Shown here piece after piece: positions 9,488-17,006 of a stretch of DNA of 64,000 nucleotides (position 1 is the stretch's first letter; each line of letters opens with the position of its first letter). Origin of the DNA: Desulfobulbus sp. (lineage in GTDB: Bacteria; Desulfobacterota; Desulfobulbia; Desulfobulbales; Desulfobulbaceae); the NCBI GenBank assembly GCA_050952385.1, contig JBMNKV010000001.1:1378877-1442876 (forward strand). Direction: 5' to 3'. Position numbers and translations under genes: made by a program. The notes below the pieces were generated by a model. It searched no databases. It had not been told where the DNA came from and saw nothing but the letters and a program-made list of their open reading frames with translations.

Positions 9488-12400
9488 GTGACCCTGCCTG
9501 TCGACCGCTCATCACGCGTTCAGACCACTCCCGCCACTCCTGCCCCCTCTGCCGGGGCGGGAGCGAGCGGTTTTGACGCGTCGCTCATTCTGGAGCAGGC
9601 AGACACCCTGCTCCGGTCGACTCACCAGTATGGTCTGTGGCGACACATTCGCCAAAAAGATGCCGCCAAATCCTTGACTATTGCCAGGCTGGTCGTGGAA
9701 CGGAACCAGCTTCTGCACAAGCTGCAACGCGACAAGTCACCGAATTGGCGTGAATTCGACCGCCTGACCCGCGAAATCCTCGGCAACGGCATCATGCTGC
9801 CCACCTCCCGCCAGCTCGCCCCTGCCAAAACATCGTCTTCCGCCCCTGTCCAGCTCGAACTCCCGTTGCTGCCGCCGCCAGCAGCGGGCCCGCCGCCGGC
9901 TGCCCCTGCCCCCTCCGCTGCCGAACCTCCATCCGCGGATATCGACAGCAATGAGGCAGCGGCCGAGCCCGACAGCACCGACGAGCCGAACGCGCCTTCC
10001 GGTCCGGCCAGGGAACTGCTCCACGAAGACAACGTGCTCATCCTCGGGGCCTCCTGTCCGCAGATCGGTCTGCGACAAGACGTTCTCGGCTACAGCGACG
10101 GTCAGCGCACCCTGCTCCCCCTGGGCGGCTTTGCCCAGGCCCTGGATTTCCCCATCGAAGTCGATCCGGCCAAGGGGACGGCCCAGGGCTGGTTCATCAG
10201 CGAGAACCGGACCATCAGCGTGGATGCGGCCCGGAAAACGATCAGGGTCGACGGCACAACCATCCCCTGGGACGACAGCCTCATTGCCGTGGGGGAAGAC
10301 GACATCTATGTCGACTCCCGCCTCTTGAGCCGCATGCTCCCCCTGGATCTGGCGACAGATCCCGGCGAAATGAGCCTGGCCCTGCACCCCCGGGAGATAC
10401 TGCCCCTGCAGGCCCAACTGGAGCGCGAACAGCGACGCAAGGGGCTTTCCATGGACCGGGAAAACATGGAACCGCGGTATCCGGTGGAAACGCCTCCCTT
10501 CAGGGCGGCCTCCTTTCCGGTCATGGATGTGAACCTGAACTCGCGGGTCAACAAATCGGCAGCCGGAAAAAGCACCCTGCACAGCTCGTATTCGGTGCTG
10601 GCCCAGGGCGATCTGGCCTACATGGGATCGAACCTGTTTGTCGCGGGCCAGGAGGACGACCCGCTGGACAACATCCGCCTGACTCTGAAGCGCACCGATC
10701 CCGGGGCGGGCCTGCTCGGCGCCATGAAGGCCCGGACGCTTGAGCTGGGCGATGTCTCGCCGGTGAGATTGCCCGTTCTCGGCACATCCTCCCGGGAACG
10801 CGGGGTGATGGTTTCCAATCAGAGCCTGCAGAATCGTCAGGATTTTGACACCACCCGGTTCGAAGGCAATGCGCAACCCGGCTGGGATGTGGAGCTCTAC
10901 CGCAACAACAGCCTGCTCCAGTCGACGCGGATTGGCGGCGACGGCCGCTACCTGTTCGAGAACATCCCGGTCTATTTTGGACCCAACCGGTTCGAAATCG
11001 TGGCCCACGGCCCCCAGGGCCAGCGCCGGGTGCTGGACACCCGCAATCTCAACATCGGCTCCGAGATGCTGAAAAAGGGCGAGATGGAATACGCCCTTTC
11101 CGCCACCCAGCGCCAGACCTCCCTGGTTGGCGAGCAACAGATCGCGCGATCCACGGGAACCGGCCCCCGGCTCAGCGGGCAGGTCGCCTATGGACTCAGC
11201 AACCGGCTGTCCGCCACGGCAGGCGCCGCATCGGTGGAGTTCGAAGGTGAACGCCACAACTACCTGCAGGCCGGGCTCAACCACAGCCTGTCGTCGCTCT
11301 ATACCAGCGCCAATGTCGTCAGCGACAGCACGGGCGGCTCCGCCCTCTCGCTCCAGGCCCAGGGCCGTGTCGGCGCGTTCAACCTCAGCGGCAAACACGA
11401 AATCTTTTCGGATTTCATCGAGGAGGCCAACCCAACCTCCACTCTGGAAGAACGCACCACCCTGGCGCTCAGCGGGCGAACGAAAAAAATCCTGGGCCTG
11501 CCGGCCCTCTCCTACAGCCTGTCGCGCAGTGAAAGCAGCAAAGCCGATGGCGGCACATCCGGGCAAACCGGCCTCCGGCTTTCGACATCGATCAAAGGGG
11601 TCCACCTCGCCAACCAGCTCTACTGGCGGGATAACCAGTCGATATCCCGGGATCAGCACGACGGTGAATTTCGGGCCAGCGGCTCTCTGGGCAGCAGCCG
11701 AATCGTCGCGGGAATAGAGTACGACATCGACGGCAGCGGCGGCATCACCCGCTACCAGCTGGACGGCAGCATGCCGCTGACCGGCGATATCCGGGCCCGG
11801 GCCAGCCTCTTTCACGACACCGAATACGGCAACAGGAAAACCGAAGGCGAGGTCGGGCTCGATTTCGATCTGGGCAAGGTCATGTTTTCGCCCAGCCTGT
11901 CCTATGACTCGGAAGGCGCATTTCGCGCCTTTGCCGGGCTCTCCTTTTCCCTGGGCAAGGACCCGACCAGCGGCGATCTGGAGATGCGTTCGGAGCGACG
12001 CTCCGGCCAGGGCGCGGCCACCGCCCTTGTCTACCACGATGCCAACAACAACCAGGTGTTCGATCAGGACGACACGCCCATTCCCGATGCCAAGGTGGTC
12101 GTCCGCCAAAGCCGACAGAACGCCCGCACCGACGAGGACGGCCGCGTCCAGTTCACCAGCCTTGCGACAAACCGGCCGGTGGATGTGGAAATCGACCCGG
12201 ACTCCCTGGCCGACCCCTTCTGGGCGCCCACCACGCCGGGCCGCTCGATCCAGCCCCGGCCCGGTGTGGTGCAGCCCCTGCTCTTTCCGGTGGTGACCAC
12301 GGGCGAGGTGGACGGCAGCCTGCTCCTGTCGCCGGGAGACGGCACCCTGGAACCGCTGATCAATGTGCGCCTGGAGCTTCGGGACGAAAACGGGGAAACC

Positions 12401-13375
12401 GTGCACACCACCCGCTCCGAATACGACGGCTTCTTCCTTTTTTCCAAGGTCCGGCCGGGCGACTATACCCTGCACATCGCAAGCACTGATCCCAAGATTC
12501 AGGCCATGGCAGAGGGATGGAGCAAGCCGGTGCACATCGGCCTGGACGGCACCATCGCCCGCGGGAACGATGTGGTGCTCTCTCCCACCATGCCGCCGCA
12601 GACCCCGCTCCCTCCCGATCCGCTCGAATCCGTTCCGGCTCCAGCGGAAAGCGAAGAACCAATCCCGGCCGAGCCCGCGCCCATCCCGGAACCGGCCCCC
12701 CCGGTCGAACCCGTTCCAGCTCCAGAGGAAAGCGAAGAACCGGTCCCGGTCAAGCCCCAGGACACGTCCGACGCGCCCATCCCGGAACCGGCCCGCCCGG
12801 TCGAACCCGGTCCGGCCGCCAAGCCAGTCGATTCCCCGGCGCCTGCCCCAGCTCCCCGGGCAGCCGCCACCTTTACCATCCACCCGCTGAGCGTGCGCGA
12901 AAACGAACCAATGCCGCAGCAGGCTACGAAACAGGCTACAGAACCGACTCCCCGTCCGGTTGCGCCGCCGGCCTCCGCGCCGGCACAGCCGGAACCCGCA
13001 TCGCGGTTTTACGCAACCCAACTGGCCTCGTACACCTCGCCGGAACAGGCACAGGCCGGTCTCCGCATCCTGGCGGGGCGGCTCAAGGGGATCGTTGTTG
13101 CTGAAGATTTCCAGATCGTCCGGGCCGACCTGGGTGAGCGGGGCATCTTTTACCGGGTCGTTTACGGAAGGCATGCCGACCGGGCCCGGGCCGAGCAGTT
13201 TACCCGCCAGGTTCGGGCGCGCGGACAGGAGGCCCTGACCCTGCCTGTGCAACCCAGCGCGCTGCTGCCAGCAGATACGGCAATCACGGCAGCACCCACG
13301 CAGCCGCTGCAGCCGACCCGCCCCGCAGCCCGGCTCATTGCCCAGAAGTATGCGGCCATGCAGGGCCGCATCTGA
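9488..13375 (+). CDS. Giant (1295 aa) usher-like outer-membrane beta-barrel protein with CarboxypepD_reg-like domains, Pro-rich repeat linker and C-terminal SPOR (peptidoglycan-binding) domain
   Basis: GTG start with GAGG upstream. There is an usher plug-like block (GNAQPGWDVELYRNNSLLQSTRIGGDGRYLFENIPVYFGPNRFEIVAHGPQGQRRVL...LKKGEMEYALS). A long run of amphipathic beta-strand-like sequence follows. The SPOR-like end is FYATQLASYTSPEQAQAGL...GIFYRVVYGRHADRARAEQF. The function call is less certain than the CDS call. Confidence 0.7.
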   Translation: MTLPVDRSSRVQTTPATPAPSAGAGASGFDASLILEQADTLLRSTHQYGLWRHIRQKDAAKSLTIARLVVERNQLLHKLQRDKSPNWREFDRLTREILGNGIMLPTSRQLAPAKTSSSAPVQLELPLLPPPAAGPPPAAPAPSAAEPPSADIDSNEAAAEPDSTDEPNAPSGPARELLHEDNVLILGASCPQIGLRQDVLGYSDGQRTLLPLGGFAQALDFPIEVDPAKGTAQGWFISENRTISVDAARKTIRVDGTTIPWDDSLIAVGEDDIYVDSRLLSRMLPLDLATDPGEMSLALHPREILPLQAQLEREQRRKGLSMDRENMEPRYPVETPPFRAASFPVMDVNLNSRVNKSAAGKSTLHSSYSVLAQGDLAYMGSNLFVAGQEDDPLDNIRLTLKRTDPGAGLLGAMKARTLELGDVSPVRLPVLGTSSRERGVMVSNQSLQNRQDFDTTRFEGNAQPGWDVELYRNNSLLQSTRIGGDGRYLFENIPVYFGPNRFEIVAHGPQGQRRVLDTRNLNIGSEMLKKGEMEYALSATQRQTSLVGEQQIARSTGTGPRLSGQVAYGLSNRLSATAGAASVEFEGERHNYLQAGLNHSLSSLYTSANVVSDSTGGSALSLQAQGRVGAFNLSGKHEIFSDFIEEANPTSTLEERTTLALSGRTKKILGLPALSYSLSRSESSKADGGTSGQTGLRLSTSIKGVHLANQLYWRDNQSISRDQHDGEFRASGSLGSSRIVAGIEYDIDGSGGITRYQLDGSMPLTGDIRARASLFHDTEYGNRKTEGEVGLDFDLGKVMFSPSLSYDSEGAFRAFAGLSFSLGKDPTSGDLEMRSERRSGQGAATALVYHDANNNQVFDQDDTPIPDAKVVVRQSRQNARTDEDGRVQFTSLATNRPVDVEIDPDSLADPFWAPTTPGRSIQPRPGVVQPLLFPVVTTGEVDGSLLLSPGDGTLEPLINVRLELRDENGETVHTTRSEYDGFFLFSKVRPGDYTLHIASTDPKIQAMAEGWSKPVHIGLDGTIARGNDVVLSPTMPPQTPLPPDPLESVPAPAESEEPIPAEPAPIPEPAPPVEPVPAPEESEEPVPVKPQDTSDAPIPEPARPVEPGPAAKPVDSPAPAPAPRAAATFTIHPLSVRENEPMPQQATKQATEPTPRPVAPPASAPAQPEPASRFYATQLASYTSPEQAQAGLRILAGRLKGIVVAEDFQIVRADLGERGIFYRVVYGRHADRARAEQFTRQVRARGQEALTLPVQPSALLPADTAITAAPTQPLQPTRPAARLIAQKYAAMQGRI
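12626..12820 (+). repeat. In-frame tandem repeat (units of 81 and 96 bp plus a partial unit) encoding the Pro/Glu-rich linker of the usher-like protein
   Basis: Repeated DNA gaa(t/c)ccgttcc(g/a)gctccag(c/a)ggaaagcgaagaacc...cccatcccggaaccggccc(c/g)cccggtc. The peptide is E(S/P)VPAP(A/E)ESEEP...PIPEPA(P/R)PVEP. Confidence 0.8.
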
Positions 13376-13614
13376 AAGGAAAAACAGGCCAGGGCCCGGG
13401 CCAAGCAGTTCACCCGCCAGGTTCAGACGCACGGACAAGAGGTCCTGCCTGGGCAACCCGGCGCGCCGCTCCCAGCAGATACGGCAATCACGGCAGCGCA
13501 CGGCAGCACCCACGCAGCCGCTGCACAGCCGACCCGGCTCATTGCCCGGAGACGCATTGCCCGGAAGCAGGCAGCCATGCAGGGCCGCATCTGAAAGGAA
13601 AAGACAGGCCAGGG
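13182..13614 (+). repeat. Tandem direct duplication (about 210 + 222 bp) of the 3' end of the usher-like gene, including its stop codon and trailing sequence
   Basis: Copy A (13182-13391) and copy B (13392-13614) both start gggcccgggcc(g/a)agcagtt(t/c)acccgccaggtt. Both end gccatgcagggccgcatctgaaaggaaaa(a/g)acaggccaggg. Confidence 0.85.
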
Positions 13615-13698
13615 AAGATGCCCGCCGCAGGCACGGCCCACCAGGCTGTTGCGAAATGCGTCACGGCAGGCTGTGCAAAAAATCTCCAACACTGTCAC

Positions 13699-13758
13699 CC
13701 CCCGCGAAGGCGGGGGCCAGTTCTTCAAAAATCACTGGATTCCCGCCTGCGCGGGAAT
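13699..13758. repeat. Two REP-like GC-rich hairpins between convergent operons (likely bidirectional terminator/insulator)
   Basis: cccccgc-gaag-gcggggg (13699-13716) and attcccgc-ctgc-gcgggaat (13739-13758). The second gives the spurious peptides IPACAGMT / SRLRGNDE seen in the ORF track. Confidence 0.5.
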
Positions 13759-13944
13759 GACGAGACACAAACCGGGGCGCCACGCCTTGCGCGGCAACAA
13801 GATCAGAAGGAGATGGTCAAGCCGGCGCAAATGGGCCGCCACACGGCCGCATCACAGAGGGCGCACAGCCCACCAAAAAAAGAAGCCGGGACCGAGCGGT
13901 CACGGCGTGGAAATCGCATAAGCGCCAGTCATCCGGCGCGATCG

Positions 13945-14538
13945 TCACGGTGGTTCGGAATACTCCAACAGAACGGGTACCAAACCGGTATAGGTATCGG
14001 ACTTGGTTCCCACGGGCAGGTCGAGCTTGCCGCCGATAGCGATGGTCACCGAGTGGGTGTCGGATCCCTCACCAGTACCCGTGGACGGAACAAGGATATC
14101 ATGCAGGGAATTGTCCTGAATATCGGTCAGGGTTATCGTGGCCGTGGGATCAATCGTGCCGGTCATGATCGCGGTATCGGGCATGGAGGCCGTAACGGCA
14201 AAGGGGCCACTTGCCGTTATGGTGACCGCGCCCACGCTGCCCCCCGCAATGGGCACCCCTTTGGCCGAAAGCGGCTGGGCCCCCGTCCCCCCCTGTCGGG
14301 CATTCATGGTAACGCTGTCACCAAGGGGGTTCAACGGGATGGTGCCCAGGCTCATCGAGGCGCTGCTCTCTTCCTCCAGGGTGTTGACCACCTGGGCGTT
14401 GATGGGCACCTCCACATCGCCGGCCAGGGCGCGGGTCACGGCCAGGAAAAGAGCGCCAAGAGCGCCGCAAGCGAGCAGCCAGCCGGCCCGTTTGCAGCAT
14501 AAAATCCTCGATACCCCCCTCCCCTGTCGCACTTCCAT
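13945..14538 (-). CDS. DUF4402-type secreted pilin-like protein (paralog of 16049..16624)
   Basis: Signal-like segment GWLLACGALGALFLAVTRALA, then GDVEVPI...LGTIPLNPLGDSVTMN...ITASGPFAVT...IAIGGKLDLPVGTKSDTYTGLVPVLLEY, colinear with the major subunit. The start is uncertain. Confidence 0.7.
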   Translation of the reverse strand: MEVRQGRGVSRILCCKRAGWLLACGALGALFLAVTRALAGDVEVPINAQVVNTLEEESSASMSLGTIPLNPLGDSVTMNARQGGTGAQPLSAKGVPIAGGSVGAVTITASGPFAVTASMPDTAIMTGTIDPTATITLTDIQDNSLHDILVPSTGTGEGSDTHSVTIAIGGKLDLPVGTKSDTYTGLVPVLLEYSEPP

Positions 14539-14622
14539 CCTCCCGTTTCGTTCTCCGCCTCCGGAGAACCGCCTTGTCACCGCAACGGCTCCAACCCACC
14601 GTCCCTGCCGGGCAGGGCCGCC

Positions 14623-15531
14623 TCAGCGGACAGGAAAGTCGCGGCTGGTGGGCTCGCCCAGGTTGACCCGCTGATTGGTGCCTGTGCTGGGCCGAAACGT
14701 GGCCCGCAGCATGCCGCCACTCAACTCCTGGCGGGAAATGTCTTTCAGATTGAGCTGAACCTTCTTTTCCTTCAGGGGCATTTGCACGGTCACGCCCGGC
14801 AGATAGCCGACCTCGCGGGAGGCCCCGGGGTCGTTGGTGGGCACATAGTGCAGGCTCAGGTTGCCGAAACCGGAACCACCGCCCTCACGGTGCAAGACCA
14901 CCTCGGCTGCCAGACCGCTGGCTGCTTTCGGGGCCGGGACGAGCCGCACCCCCACGGGCTCGACCACGCCACGGACCCCGTGCTGAATCCAGATGGGGAA
15001 ACTGGAGTTCACCAAAAGCTCAATATCCATGGACACGCTCTTGTCCCCCGCCCCCTGTTGCCGCGCCGCGGCAGCCTTGGCCGCGGAGGGCTGGGGCCGC
15101 AGGATCATCCGGGTTCTATACTCGCCGGGGGCCAGGTTGGCGGGTTTGTTCACCATGAACTTCAGCACCTGACGGCCGCCCGGGGCAATGGTGGCCCGGC
15201 GGGGCGCGTACCGGATCATCTTGCGCACCCTCTGTTCCTCGGCACTCTCCTGCTCGGGCGCAAGCTCCTGCATCCGGCCATCCGGCCCGGTGCGCAGGGT
15301 CACGGTGTCGATCCTGTACGAAATCTCCTCCTGGGTGGGATTGTACACATAGACATCCACGTTCCGCTGGCGGTCGGGAAAGATGATCTGCATGGGGGTG
15401 ATCATCAGGGTTCTGGTTTTCATGGCGGCCAGGGCGGCATCCGCCGCAAGCAGCGTGCCGAACACGGCGGCCGCACCAAGACAGGAGCCACAGACAAGAC
15501 GCAGCGAGCGTTGCACAACGGACAGGAACAT
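14623..15531 (-). CDS. PapD-like periplasmic pilus chaperone (two Ig-like domains)
   Basis: Internal ATG at 15531 with GGAG upstream. Signal peptide ...AAVFGTLLAADAALA. N-domain pattern MITPMQIIFPDRQRNVDVYVYNP...IRYAPRRATIAPGGRQVLKFMV...GEYRTRMILRPQP resembles PapD/FimC N-domains. Confidence 0.7.
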   Translation of the reverse strand: MFLSVVQRSLRLVCGSCLGAAAVFGTLLAADAALAAMKTRTLMITPMQIIFPDRQRNVDVYVYNPTQEEISYRIDTVTLRTGPDGRMQELAPEQESAEEQRVRKMIRYAPRRATIAPGGRQVLKFMVNKPANLAPGEYRTRMILRPQPSAAKAAAARQQGAGDKSVSMDIELLVNSSFPIWIQHGVRGVVEPVGVRLVPAPKAASGLAAEVVLHREGGGSGFGNLSLHYVPTNDPGASREVGYLPGVTVQMPLKEKKVQLNLKDISRQELSGGMLRATFRPSTGTNQRVNLGEPTSRDFPVR

Positions 15532-15568
15532 GGATTTCTCCGGGAAAGAGGGATAAGGGGGATAACAA

Positions 15569-16042
15569 TCAGTAATCGAAATCAACCACGATCCGCACGG
15601 CGCCGCGGCAGGTGGCCGAGGATTCGCCGGGCGGAAGGACCAGACGGCCGCCGAACTGCACGGTGCGGGTCTCATTGGCCAGCAGGTCGAAACCGGTCTG
15701 GCCGTACTGGGAATGCGAGCGCATATCCACCAGGTACCGGGTGCGGCCGTTACAGTTAAGCTCGACCCGGTCCGGGTAGGTGATGCGCACATGGACCGGG
15801 TCAGCGGAGAAGACATTGATCTGGCCGCTCCCGCCGCCCCGCACCACCGAACGCCCGGCCACGGGCTGGGCCGCGCCCTTGCCGGCATCGATGACGATCG
15901 CATCGCCGACCGGGCTCAGGCCGATGCTGCCGAAATCAAGCGCACGGACCAGCGCCGCCTCCCCGGCCCCTGCCAGGGAGGCGGCTGCAAGCACAAGTGC
16001 GAGAGCGGCGATGGCTGCCCGCCCAGACCGCAACATGAGCAT
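15569..16042 (-). CDS. DUF4402-like secreted minor subunit
   Basis: Signal peptide MLMLRSGRAAIAALALVLAAASLAGA, then LDFGSIGLSPVGDAIVID...INVFSADPVHVRITYP...VQFGGRLVLP. Sits between the major subunit and the chaperone. Confidence 0.65.
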   Translation of the reverse strand: MLMLRSGRAAIAALALVLAAASLAGAGEAALVRALDFGSIGLSPVGDAIVIDAGKGAAQPVAGRSVVRGGGSGQINVFSADPVHVRITYPDRVELNCNGRTRYLVDMRSHSQYGQTGFDLLANETRTVQFGGRLVLPPGESSATCRGAVRIVVDFDY

Positions 16043-16048
16043 CAGGGC

Positions 16049-16624
16049 TCATTCATAGGTCAGGGTTGCCGTGACTGCACCTGCGTACGGACCCGCCACT
16101 GTATCCGAAGCCAATTCGAGCACGCCACCAACGTAAATGACTGCCTCAAACGTGCCATCATTATCAGCATCCGTGGCAGTAATCGCCGTGCTCCCCTGGG
16201 AGTTGGCCGTGATACCCGTCACGGTCAGCGTGTTGCCTGTGGCGTCGCCCGAGCCCTCCAGCGTTGCCTGCCCGCCGGTGCCCGCGTAGGCCGCGGTCAC
16301 TTTGAAGGGACCAGCGGCTGTCGCCGTGATGACGCCCGGGGCACTGTCGGAAATGACAACGCCTACATCCGATGACGCCTCGGCGCCAGCGCCAGTCGTG
16401 GCGTTGAGGGTGATTGTGTCGCCGAGCGGACTCAAGGGGATGGTGCCGAAGTTCAGAGTTTCGGCCTCCTCAACCAAACTCGTCTGCACGGTCACTTCAA
16501 TCGGCACATCCACATCGCCGGCCAGGGCATTCGCCGCGGGGGTCAGCACCAACCCGCAGAGTGCCGCGCCCATAACCCATTTGTTCCACATACCTTTTTT
16601 GTACTGCCGTGTTTTCATTGCCAT
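16049..16624 (-). CDS. DUF4402-type major pilin-like protein
   Basis: AGGAGG lies 8 nt upstream of the ATG at 16624. Signal peptide ...GAALCGLVLTPAANALA. Family-like blocks LNFGTIPLSPLGDTITLN, ITATAAGPFKVTAAY, YVGGVLELASDTVAGPYAGAVTATLTYE. First gene of the minus-strand operon. Confidence 0.8.
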   Translation of the reverse strand: MAMKTRQYKKGMWNKWVMGAALCGLVLTPAANALAGDVDVPIEVTVQTSLVEEAETLNFGTIPLSPLGDTITLNATTGAGAEASSDVGVVISDSAPGVITATAAGPFKVTAAYAGTGGQATLEGSGDATGNTLTVTGITANSQGSTAITATDADNDGTFEAVIYVGGVLELASDTVAGPYAGAVTATLTYE

Positions 16625-16731
16625 CCTTGGTTCCTCCTGATGTTGAGAGACTGACCCCCAATGGGTCGATACGGTAGATGACCGGGACTCTGCACAGCGC
16701 ATCCGCCCGATCCGGTTCCTGGCGGCCGGAG

Positions 16732-16985
16732 GGCGGAAAGGGATGAGCTTTTTTTGTTCCCTGTTTTCCGCTCGCCGGCTCCTGGGCAGCGCATGTGCCC
16801 AGGCTCCAGGACTCTTGTCGGCTGGAGGGCGGAAAGGGATAAGCTTTTTTTGTTTTTCCCTGTTTTTTCCGCTCTCCGGCTCCTGGGCAGCGCATGTGCC
16901 CGGGCTCCAGGACTCTTGTCGGCTGGAAGGCGGAAAGGGATAAGCTTTTTTTTGTTCCCTTTTTTTGCTCGCCGCCAGCCGGCCT
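16732..16985 (-). repeat. Non-coding tandem repeat, 2.5 copies of a 96-101 bp unit, in the leader of the major pilin gene
   Basis: Unit starts (ggcggaaaggga) are at 16732, 16828 and 16929. Each full unit carries the palindrome cctgggca-gcgcatg-tgccc(a/g)gg and homopolymer T/A runs of differing length. Confidence 0.9.
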
Positions 16986-17006
16986 TCGGCCTTTGCCCTC
17001 AAATAA

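Noticed and set aside
9737-13513. A 1258-aa minus-strand ORF antisense to the usher-like gene
   Set aside because: Its composition is extremely Arg/Gly/Ala/Pro-rich, with no motifs and no RBS or signal logic. The plus-strand frame carries recognisable plug, barrel and SPOR features. This is a typical high-GC shadow ORF.
13338-14502. Plus-strand ORFs 13338..13760, 13618..14502 and 13649..13921 in the inter-operon region
   Set aside because: They run through the duplicated gene tail and the REP-like hairpins (giving the IPACAGMT/RLRGNDE artefact peptides). They are also antisense to the DUF4402 gene, have no RBS, and have Arg-rich composition.
16142-16157. A second sigma54-like element (minus strand TGGCACG-tttg-AGGCA) inside the major pilin CDS
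   Set aside because: The GG-N10-GC spacing is correct but the -12 element lacks the TT of TTGC. It also lies within coding sequence. It is too weak to call without a scoring matrix or start-site data.
16732-16985. Whether the repeats upstream of the pilin gene could be a CRISPR array
   Set aside because: The units are contiguous with no unique spacers, are about 100 bp long, number only 2.5 copies, and no cas genes are present.
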